Origin: Candidatus Poribacteria bacterium
GTDB taxonomy: Bacteria > Poribacteria > WGA-4E > PCPOR2b
Length of the DNA stretch: 64,000 nucleotides
Reading direction: 5' to 3'
Assembly: GCA_965208325.1 (NCBI GenBank)
Contig: OZ242326.1
Span: 4,512,001 to 4,576,000, forward strand
Within the stretch, counting starts at the first letter, position 1. Each line of letters starts with the position of its first letter. Positions 10,139-18,553 of this stretch are shown piece after piece. The translations under genes were made by a program, and so were the position numbers. The notes beneath the pieces are model-generated. The model had not been told where the DNA came from, did no database searches, and saw only the letters and a list, made by a program, of their open reading frames with translations.

Positions 10139-10395
10139 CTGTCGCCCCGCTGGGGCTTTTAATGTAGGTGAATTGACGATTCTATATACCTGTCGTCCCG
10201 CTGGGGCTTTTGATGAAAGGTGAATTGACGAATCTATATACCTGTCGCCCCGCTGTGGCTTTTGATGTAAGGTGAAATGACGATTCTATATACCTGTCGC
10301 CCCGCTGGGGCTTTTGATGAAAGGTGAATTGACGATTCTATATACCTATCGCCCCGCTGGGGCTTTCGATTTATTGTGAATTAATGATTTTATAA
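10139..10395. repeat. Five tandem 51-52 bp repeats, each with a GCCCC-gct-GGGGC hairpin (REP/BIME-like)
   Basis: Units start at 10139, 10190, 10242, 10294 and 10346; the same core recurs twice at 49347-49420. Confidence 0.9.
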
Positions 10396-10629
10396 TCCTG
10401 ATAAACCCTATAGCACTCGCGAATCGCTCGCTTAATCCTAGGCTGGGGGCTTTGACAGAAGATAACTGGTGCTGTAAACACTGAATTTCTGAACAGGTTC
10501 TTTAATGGCGTCGCCGGATTTCGCAGCGTCTCAATATTCCCCACGATTGGTTAAGAACGGAATCATCAGTGATATTTGAATCCACCCTGTGCCGCTCCCA
10601 TAGGAGAGTCGGCAGCACTGCGGATGCCG

Positions 10630-11631
10630 TTATTGGTCACGTTCGATTTGCTTTAACCAACCCCAAGTCAAGGTTTTTTTGTTGTCGGGCGCAACTGAGA
10701 ACGCCACGACAAATCTAGGATCGAACCAGGACGGAGCGCGGTTGACACCGCCCACGTCGGGCGCTTCAAAGCGATTCTCCCCGTCGGGATCGGTGATGTA
10801 CAAAGAGCTAACTCCACCCATGAACGCGATGTGGGCGAGTTTCTTGCCGCTCGGCGCCCAAGTAAGGTCGCTTTCTTCCCACTGTCCCTCTAGTCCGGCT
10901 GCGAAGCCAGTGAGTTGAATCACATTTTCTCCGTTCGAATCCATCACGAAGATGTCCCCGTTTCCGTGCCGGGACGAGGACCAAGCAATTTTCGAATCAT
11001 CGGGGGACCATGTAGGTTCGAAGTCTCCGCCCTTATGGTTCGTCAGGTTCACGAGACTGCCGCCGTTCGGGGCCATCAAGTAGACGTCAGAAATCGTTCT
11101 GCCCCGTTTGGAAGAAAAGGCGATTGTTCTTCCGTCGTGAGACCAATCGGGTTGCACGTCCTTAGCTGGATCTTTTGTGATGTTTCTCAAGGCTCTGCCT
11201 AAAACTATCATCTCATAGATTTCAAAATTGCCGTCGCGATCGGTCCCGAAAGCGAGGCGTTGGCCGTTCGGGTGCCAACTAGGATAGCTATCCTCCGACT
11301 CACTGTCGGTGAGTCTCTGCAGGTTCTTACCTTCTGAATCTACCATATAAATGTCAACGTTTCCTTTTGCTTCCGTGTGAAAGGCGATGCGGTTTCCGTC
11401 CGGGGACCAGACCAGTCCGAGCGGCAGCGGATTCGCATCAATAAACAATAACGGACGCGGGTCGTGTCCGTTATCATCGGTCAACCAGATGTTTGATTCA
11501 CCTCCATCGGCGGAGAGGACAAACGTCCCCTTGTTAGGCGGTCTTGCCTCTGAATTCATGGCCGTCGCGATTGAAATTAACACCGTTATTGCCGCAAATG
11601 CGGTTGACAGCGTCAAATTGCCGATTCTCAT
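10630..11631 (-). CDS. Secreted TolB-like beta-propeller (PD40 repeats)
   Basis: Signal peptide; repeated P.WSPDG..IAF.S.R.GN.DIY.M units. Confidence 0.9.
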   Translation of the reverse strand: MRIGNLTLSTAFAAITVLISIATAMNSEARPPNKGTFVLSADGGESNIWLTDDNGHDPRPLLFIDANPLPLGLVWSPDGNRIAFHTEAKGNVDIYMVDSEGKNLQRLTDSESEDSYPSWHPNGQRLAFGTDRDGNFEIYEMIVLGRALRNITKDPAKDVQPDWSHDGRTIAFSSKRGRTISDVYLMAPNGGSLVNLTNHKGGDFEPTWSPDDSKIAWSSSRHGNGDIFVMDSNGENVIQLTGFAAGLEGQWEESDLTWAPSGKKLAHIAFMGGVSSLYITDPDGENRFEAPDVGGVNRAPSWFDPRFVVAFSVAPDNKKTLTWGWLKQIERDQ

Positions 11632-11731
11632 GGTTCGTACCCTCCTTTGCAGTGATTTTGCAATACAAGCGACGCGGTTTTGATCATGGTTTTACGGAAT
11701 GGACTGTTGGTGAAACACTTTACAGGCTATG

Positions 11732-12469
11732 TTAAACCCTCTCTGCCCAAAATACCAGCATATTTTTTCGCTGCGGCGGGGCATCCTCGTAGAGCTCGGG
11801 CGTATACCAGCCGCCCTGACCGCCGACGTCCCAGACGTACCGAATGTCGGCCTCCGTTTGTGGTTTCTGCATGAAATTGAGGTACAACCCGCGGCGGGAT
11901 CCATCGGGAAATGCACCGTGGTACGTCTTTACATTAAAAACGATTACATCGCCCGGTTCCGTCTCGCACGGGTGGGCGCCGGGAACATCTTTGCCTTGCG
12001 GCAAAATTTCGTTGCCGTATGTCTGCATACGCTCTCGATATGGGAGGAATTGGCTGCCGGGCAAGAGGTAGAGGCAACCGGTGTCCACTGTTGTCGGATC
12101 CAGAAACAGCAATACCTTCAGGTGTGTATGGGTTTCGGCAGAGACGGCGTCGTGGTGCCACGCAGTTCCGGTCCAGTGTTTGATAGCTTCGGAGACTGTA
12201 AACACAAATCCTTCACCGATTAGGTCCTCAAGCACTGCGATTATGCGGTTATCGTCGAGCAGGCGGTTATAGACGTCGGGATTATGCCTGAAGAATGGCA
12301 ATACCTGATGGCGCACAGGGGCCCGCGACCACGGCTCACCGCCGTTGGCTCTGACAAGCGTGTCTTCGAACGCGTCGGCGTACAGCTTTACCTCATCGCG
12401 CGGCAGGAAGTCTCTCAAAATGATGAATCCGAGCGTTTCAAAATGGTGTTTCTGAGCTTCACTGAGCAT
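11732..12469 (-). CDS. PhyH family dioxygenase
   Basis: FETLGF, WHHD, GCLYLLPGS, PGDVIVFN..TYHG; paralog of 2483-3274. Confidence 0.9.
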   Translation of the reverse strand: MLSEAQKHHFETLGFIILRDFLPRDEVKLYADAFEDTLVRANGGEPWSRAPVRHQVLPFFRHNPDVYNRLLDDNRIIAVLEDLIGEGFVFTVSEAIKHWTGTAWHHDAVSAETHTHLKVLLFLDPTTVDTGCLYLLPGSQFLPYRERMQTYGNEILPQGKDVPGAHPCETEPGDVIVFNVKTYHGAFPDGSRRGLYLNFMQKPQTEADIRYVWDVGGQGGWYTPELYEDAPPQRKNMLVFWAERV

Positions 12470-12540
12470 ATTTGACTCCTTGCGGTTAGGGTCCGATTAT
12501 CAAATTCAACCCTAAGCCGATTCAGGCGACTCAAAAACGA

Positions 12541-13401
12541 CTACAACATTTCTCGTGTAAAAGTGTATGCTTCCCTCAACCACGATGCGTAATAGAGTCC
12601 GTTGGCATAGAGGAAATACAGCGATTTCAAACAGATAACGCTCAACAAACATGCCAAAAGGAGTACCATTAAGCTTCCATCGCGCCGACCCATCTTTAAG
12701 GCACGCAGGGAAGTGCGATTTCCCGCGGCAACTTCCGGAGAAAAGCCGCGGCTTTCAACGGCTTCGCCAAGTTGAGTTGCGCGGCGAACATTGTTCATTA
12801 AAATCGGACGCAGACTGTTTAAGATTCCGCTAAAGGTGCGGATTGGATTCAACCGCAAAAAACGAAACCCGCGCAGCCGCTGCAATCTGACGACTGTGAC
12901 AGCTTCCGAGCCGATGAGTGGAATGTAACGCAAGGCGGTGGTTACCATAAACGCCAAGCTATAGGGGACACCTAGTTGAACCAATGCAACGAGCAGATCT
13001 CGCGGCGGTGTTGTCCACACAATAAAACAGCCGATCGCCAGCGTTGTGTTGAACCGCAGGGATTGAACTGCGCCATACAATAACCCCTCGCGGTAAAACC
13101 GGATGCCGCCCGTAACTTCGCCTATAACGGGGAAATCCTGGTCAATAAGCGTGAAAATCGGAGTACGCGGGAATTCACTGTAGAAAATTGCTTGGCTGTA
13201 CACCAAGCCCCATGTCCCGAGTAGCACAACCAATATCAGCAGACGAATCTGATGCCACGATGCTCTGGAGCGTGCAACTAAACAGGTGCTAGTAAGAAAA
13301 CAGACAGCAAGTGATATTGGGCTGTCGAGCAAAACCACGAGACAGCCGACGACTGCGAGGATAACGATTTTCGTACGAGGATGGAGATGTATGATTGACA
13401 C
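12541..13401 (-). CDS. ecfT: ECF transporter transmembrane component T
   Basis: LHPRTK start, multiple TM segments, ALRYIP, QRLRG and ESRGF Arg motifs. Confidence 0.9.
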   Translation of the reverse strand: MSIIHLHPRTKIVILAVVGCLVVLLDSPISLAVCFLTSTCLVARSRASWHQIRLLILVVLLGTWGLVYSQAIFYSEFPRTPIFTLIDQDFPVIGEVTGGIRFYREGLLYGAVQSLRFNTTLAIGCFIVWTTPPRDLLVALVQLGVPYSLAFMVTTALRYIPLIGSEAVTVVRLQRLRGFRFLRLNPIRTFSGILNSLRPILMNNVRRATQLGEAVESRGFSPEVAAGNRTSLRALKMGRRDGSLMVLLLACLLSVICLKSLYFLYANGLYYASWLREAYTFTREML

Positions 13402-13415
13402 ACCACCTCAATTGG

Positions 13416-14399
13416 TCAGTTGAGACTTGTATCTTCTGAAAATCCCAGCATTAGGTTCATATTCTGAATCGCGGCGCCGGACGCACCTTTTCCCAAGTTG
13501 TCCAACCGCGAACACAGGTTCACGTGCGTGTCATTACCGCCACACACAATTATTTCCAACCGGTTGCTATCATTGCAGCTCACGGCGTCTAGATAGGTGT
13601 AAGGAAGTTGGGGATGATTGCGCAGCGGCGTCTCTGTCCATTTGGACACCGAAACATATTTTTCCCCACGATAATAGTCGTTCAGACATTGGAAAACGTC
13701 ATCGAAACCAGTCTGGTATGCCTCCAGGTATTTTCGATGGATGGGAATATTGACAAGCATTCCCTGTTTCGAATAATCGACCGCGGGCAGCAACAACGGC
13801 GGTTGCGTCAACCCGGATATCACCGTCATTTCTTTTAGGTGTTTATGATTGAGACTTAGCCCGTACTGCAAGAAATGGTATAATTCATGCGGCTCGCCGA
13901 ACCCCTTTTCCGAGAACACTTCTATCATTTTCCTACCGCCGCCCGAATGGCCGGATACGGCGTTTACAACAAAAGCGTGGTCTCGCGGGAAAAGATTCGA
14001 GTCGATTAACGGCTTTACCGGTGCGATAAATCCTGACGCATAACAGCCTACATTGGCGACTCGGCGACTTGCGGCGATTCTCTCACGAAAATCGGGCCTT
14101 AATTCCGGAAAGCCGTATGTCCATCCCGGTGCGGTTCGATGGGCCGTACTTGCGTCAATGATTTTCGCCGTTATGTTTTCGGCTTCGATTAGCGACACTG
14201 TTTCCTTTGCAGAATCGTCTGGCAAACACAAGAAAACGAGGTCAGATTGGCGGATGCAATCTAGCTTTGCGGCATTGTCCTTTCGTTTCGCCTCGGGAAT
14301 GTGGATAACTTCGACATCGCTTCTCGCCTTAATTCTATCGTAAATTTGAAGCCCCGTAGTACCCGATTGCCCATCGACAAAAATCTTTGGTTTGTGCAC
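13416..14399 (-). CDS. argC: N-acetyl-gamma-glutamyl-phosphate reductase (type 2)
   Basis: KIFVDGQSGTTGL, IIDASTAHR, GCYASG, SGHSGGG, LDNLGKGASGAAIQNMNLM; GTG at 14399 after GGAGG. Confidence 0.95.
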   Translation of the reverse strand: MHKPKIFVDGQSGTTGLQIYDRIKARSDVEVIHIPEAKRKDNAAKLDCIRQSDLVFLCLPDDSAKETVSLIEAENITAKIIDASTAHRTAPGWTYGFPELRPDFRERIAASRRVANVGCYASGFIAPVKPLIDSNLFPRDHAFVVNAVSGHSGGGRKMIEVFSEKGFGEPHELYHFLQYGLSLNHKHLKEMTVISGLTQPPLLLPAVDYSKQGMLVNIPIHRKYLEAYQTGFDDVFQCLNDYYRGEKYVSVSKWTETPLRNHPQLPYTYLDAVSCNDSNRLEIIVCGGNDTHVNLCSRLDNLGKGASGAAIQNMNLMLGFSEDTSLN

Positions 14400-14480
14400 T
14401 TCTATTCCTCCCACACTCTGCACTCTCAAACTCAATTATGCGCGTGCCGATAATTCACGACGACTATTCATTATGCCGCC

Positions 14481-16196
14481 TTACCGGCTGTTAAGTGCAT
14501 ACCCCAATTGCATCCCCAGCGGCGGAATGAGCGATGCCCGTTCTACGCAATCCGGGTCGGCGAAAGCGGTGTCGGGAGATCCATCAAAGATTAGTTCACC
14601 GCGGTCAAGCAGCAGCACTCGATTGGCGTACTTTAACGTGAGATGAGCGTCGTGGGTCGAGAAAATTACGGTTCTGTTCCGCTTTGCCATTGCGTCATTC
14701 AGCACACTCATGAGTTTTTGCAGATGATAGCGATCTTGGCCGGTTGTAGGTTCATCAAGAAGGAGGAGTTGCGGATGGAGCGAAAATACCGTAGCGACCG
14801 CCGTGCGTTGACGCTGCCCTTGCGAGAGTGCATACGGCGTTTGCGAGCGAAGGTTCATGAGATTGAACATCTGCAGCGTGTTCTCAATTCGATCTGCGAG
14901 GTTTTGAGAGGTTAGCTTGAGATTTTTCGGTCCGAAGGCGACCTCATCGGATACCGTCGCGGCTTGCAGGAGCAGGTCCGGATTTTGAAAAGCTAACCCC
15001 GCCAAACCCGCAAGCTGATGAGGTTTGTAACGCACAGCATCTCGTCCGTCGAGAATCACGCGGCCTTCGGACGGAGTGAGAAGCCCAATCATCAACATGA
15101 GCAAGGTTGTTTTACCGCATCCATTTTCCCCCATAATTGCTATGGTTTCACCGCGACCGACTTGAAACGAGATGCGCATCAGTACGTCCGGTGATGCCCG
15201 ATGATAACGAAACGTGAGATTTTGAACGTCAATCAGCGGATTGCCATTAAAATTAGACCCGCGTCCGGTTGGGTACTCGTCTGGTATATTTGAGCACGGA
15301 CCGTTTCGCATTTCGTCCGCCGCTGTCCGATTTTCAACCTTCGTAATGAAGGGCGGTTGCATTCCACCTGTGTCACGCCGAAAACAGTACAGCGCATCTT
15401 CAAGCGTTAACGGCCGATCAGCGAGTCCGTTCTCCTCCGCGATCTGCGCGAGTGCAGGCGCGGCAATCCCCAGTTGCCGAAACTGATCCAGTCGCTGGAA
15501 AGCTCGGTCTTTTGGCAGATCAGACACAATTTCGCCACTATGCATCAACCAAACGCGATTGCACAACGGGGCAACTTCATCGACCTGATGCCCAGCGATA
15601 ATCACGGTGGTGCCTGCGGTTTCGTTCAGTTGGCGAACGAGTTCGAGCAGATTGGACGCTCCCTTTGAATCCAGATAACTGGTCGGTTCATCGAGCAGAA
15701 GAATCTGCGGCTGCATGGTTAACAGACTGGCAAGGGCGATTCGCTGTTTTTGTCCACTGGAGAGTGAAGCAATCACCCGTCCCCGGAATCCGGTTAGCCC
15801 AACCTGCGATAGGGCGGCATCAATTCGACGATTTACCTCATCCGGCGGCATGGCGAGGTTTTCCAACCCAAATGCGACTTCATCTTCTACAACGACGGAA
15901 AAAAGTTGATCTTCGGGATTTTGGAATAAAAACCCGACCTGTTTTGACGTGGCGCTTAGCGGCTGTTCTGCGACGTTTGCCTCGTTGATACGCACGCGAC
16001 CGGAAATCAACCCGCCCGAAGTGTGGGGAATTAAGCCGTTTATGGATCGCAGCAGCGTAGATTTACCGCACCCTGTGGGGCCTAACAGCAGAACGAAGTC
16101 TCCAGAATTGACGCGCGCATTGATTTTCCGCAGTGTCGGTTCGCTGCGCCCCGCGTAGGTAAAACTGAGAGATTCGATCGCAATATTTTGTGACAT
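14481..16196 (-). CDS. ECF transporter ATPase, fused double NBD (EcfA-EcfA')
   Basis: Two Walker A motifs (GPTGCGKST, GENGCGKTT), FQNP, LSSGQKQR/LSQGQRQR and LLLDEPT twice. Confidence 0.92.
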   Translation of the reverse strand: MSQNIAIESLSFTYAGRSEPTLRKINARVNSGDFVLLLGPTGCGKSTLLRSINGLIPHTSGGLISGRVRINEANVAEQPLSATSKQVGFLFQNPEDQLFSVVVEDEVAFGLENLAMPPDEVNRRIDAALSQVGLTGFRGRVIASLSSGQKQRIALASLLTMQPQILLLDEPTSYLDSKGASNLLELVRQLNETAGTTVIIAGHQVDEVAPLCNRVWLMHSGEIVSDLPKDRAFQRLDQFRQLGIAAPALAQIAEENGLADRPLTLEDALYCFRRDTGGMQPPFITKVENRTAADEMRNGPCSNIPDEYPTGRGSNFNGNPLIDVQNLTFRYHRASPDVLMRISFQVGRGETIAIMGENGCGKTTLLMLMIGLLTPSEGRVILDGRDAVRYKPHQLAGLAGLAFQNPDLLLQAATVSDEVAFGPKNLKLTSQNLADRIENTLQMFNLMNLRSQTPYALSQGQRQRTAVATVFSLHPQLLLLDEPTTGQDRYHLQKLMSVLNDAMAKRNRTVIFSTHDAHLTLKYANRVLLLDRGELIFDGSPDTAFADPDCVERASLIPPLGMQLGYALNSR

Positions 16197-16360
16197 TAAC
16201 GGCTCGAAATGGTGATACCCTGAGTGCCTGGCGCTATACGATCGGAGAGGGATTTGTGTCTTTTTGATAAGATGATTGATAATCTGACATCGGGGGTATG
16301 TAAACCGCGGCCTGGCTAAACGATGGTATTAGGGCATGGATGTCCAAGGGGGATGGTACA

Positions 16361-18328
16361 TTAGGCCTTAATTGCGACCGGTACGCCAACCTGGTCCAAA
16401 TGCGACTTCACAGACAGTTTGAAGGCTTCAAGCGTGTCTTCTAAATTGTCTCTGAAATCGTGGTGTACGCGGTCATATTGCGCCTCTACCCGTGCGAGCA
16501 GTTCTTGTGTACGGGCTCCAATTGTCTCGATTCGATTACTTTGTGTTTTTGCAAATCGAGAAACGGTTTCCTTAAACACGCGCATTTCAGCGTCAAGATA
16601 CTGCCTGAAAACTGATGTCTGGAAGGAAACAAGCGTGTCATGAACGCTGTGCCTGAAATCGCCGTGAATCTGCTCATACTGAACCTGTACCCGCGCAAAA
16701 AGTGCTTGCGCATAGGTGCCAACGGCTGCGATTCGGTCGCCTTGGGTTCTGCGCGACACCGTTTCTTTGAAGGCTTCAGATTCGGATTCGAGGGACTGTT
16801 TGAAGTTGTCGACCGCAACCGTCTGGCTCGTTATCTTCTCGAAATGATACCCATGAATTGCCAGCGTAACTGCGGGTACAAACATTTTCGGGTGATCTGC
16901 AATCACTTTCATCAGATACCGGAAATACGCGGGACCCTGTTTCGAGAAGAGCTGCCTCTTTATAGACTTGACTAAAGCCATCAACTCTTTTAAACCGAGG
17001 CTGCGGGTACCGTGTTGCACCGGTTTTAGGTGCTTGAACATTGATAGGCACCGCTCAAAATAGTTCTTCAGCGTCGGATCATAGAGCGTTGACAGTACGC
17101 GCTTGTATCCATCAATGAGTACCTGCCGATCCATCTCCGTCTTAAAATTCAAGCTGTCGAGACCGACATTGTTGCCATCAGACTCTCCCAGCAACCTGCC
17201 TTCTTTCTGCAGGCGGAAGAAAAGATCAGTATTTTTCAGAACAGTTAAAAGCCCAACCATTGCGCGCGGGATGCCGACAGTTTGGATGAAATCAATTTGT
17301 GTATCAAAAGCGTCTTCCGTATCGTCGTCCAATCCCAGGATAAATCCAGCCATCACTTCCATGCCTTTTTCCTGAATGCTCCGCACCGCTTTTACCAGAT
17401 AGTTATCTTCACCTTTTTTCGTGTTCTGTTTCTTCTTCATCTTTACTAACGCATCGGGATTAGGTGTTTCAATCCCTAAAAACACCTCACTCAAGCCGGC
17501 TGAAACCATTGCGTCCATTAGTGGTTCCATGTCGGCGAGGTTTACGCTTGCCTCGGTGTACAGGTCGAACGGAAAGTCTCTGTCGTTTTGCCACTGCGCG
17601 ACTTCCGGCAATAGGCGCATAGCGTCCCGTTTATTTCCGATGAAGTTATCATCGACGAGGAAGAGCGATCCGCGCCAACCGAGATCGTGCAGCAATTGAA
17701 ACTCACTTAACATTTGTTCATTGGATTTGGTGCGCGGTACGCGCCCGAACAGCTTGGTGATATCGCAAAACTCGCAGTCGAACGGGCAACCTCGAGAGAA
17801 CTGAAGCGCCATGGAACCGTAATTTTGAAGATTGATTAGATCGAACCGCGGTATTGGGGTCTGCGTTACATCTGGTTTTCTCGTCTCTGCATACACCTCT
17901 TTGGCGACACCGCTCTTGAGATCGGTGAGAAAATCGCCAAAGACCTCCTCGACCTCTCCATAAAGAAAGTGGTTGACCGTTCCATCAGCTTCCTCTTTGA
18001 TATTGTCGTGATAAGAGGTCGGATGCGGACCGCCGGCGATAATGGGTACGTCTGCGCGGTTGCATCGCCGCACAACGTCGTATAGCGACTCTTTCTGAAC
18101 AATCATTGTGGAGGTTAAGACGAGATCAGCCCACTCGAGATCCGCGTCCGATAAAGTATCCACATTCATGTCAACTACTTTGAGTTGGTAATCTTTTGGG
18201 AACAAACCCGCAACCGTTAGCAAGCCAAGCGGCGGCATTGAGGCTTTTTTTCCAATAAACTCTAAGGCGAACTGATAACCCCAGTAGGATGGGGGAAATT
18301 CTGGGTAAACTAACAACGCATTCGGCAC
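16361..18328 (-). CDS. B12-binding radical SAM protein (DUF4070-type) with a duplicated C-terminal helical module
   Basis: PPLGLLTVA, AGGPHPT, SRGCPFDCEFC (CxxxCxxC), VDDNFIGN, GIETP, GFILGLD; GTG at 18328 after GGAGG. Confidence 0.9.
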   Translation of the reverse strand: MPNALLVYPEFPPSYWGYQFALEFIGKKASMPPLGLLTVAGLFPKDYQLKVVDMNVDTLSDADLEWADLVLTSTMIVQKESLYDVVRRCNRADVPIIAGGPHPTSYHDNIKEEADGTVNHFLYGEVEEVFGDFLTDLKSGVAKEVYAETRKPDVTQTPIPRFDLINLQNYGSMALQFSRGCPFDCEFCDITKLFGRVPRTKSNEQMLSEFQLLHDLGWRGSLFLVDDNFIGNKRDAMRLLPEVAQWQNDRDFPFDLYTEASVNLADMEPLMDAMVSAGLSEVFLGIETPNPDALVKMKKKQNTKKGEDNYLVKAVRSIQEKGMEVMAGFILGLDDDTEDAFDTQIDFIQTVGIPRAMVGLLTVLKNTDLFFRLQKEGRLLGESDGNNVGLDSLNFKTEMDRQVLIDGYKRVLSTLYDPTLKNYFERCLSMFKHLKPVQHGTRSLGLKELMALVKSIKRQLFSKQGPAYFRYLMKVIADHPKMFVPAVTLAIHGYHFEKITSQTVAVDNFKQSLESESEAFKETVSRRTQGDRIAAVGTYAQALFARVQVQYEQIHGDFRHSVHDTLVSFQTSVFRQYLDAEMRVFKETVSRFAKTQSNRIETIGARTQELLARVEAQYDRVHHDFRDNLEDTLEAFKLSVKSHLDQVGVPVAIKA

Positions 18329-18553
18329 AATAACCCTCCAACTTATCGTTTGCAGCAATGTGGTGAGAGGGATTATATCACAACTTTATGAATAATCTCA
18401 ACCTTTTTCTTGCGGGTGTTCATCCGAAGTGTTAGAATTACCGCGCAACCTCACCGTATAGTACACCCAACCGTAGATGGAATCGAAGATTCGAAGACCG
18501 CGAAGAACCCCAAGGCAACGACAGACCTGGAGTTCATTAGCACGCGAAACCCA

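Noticed and set aside
10139..10395. CRISPR array
   Set aside because: The linkers are nearly identical rather than unique spacers, and there are no cas genes.
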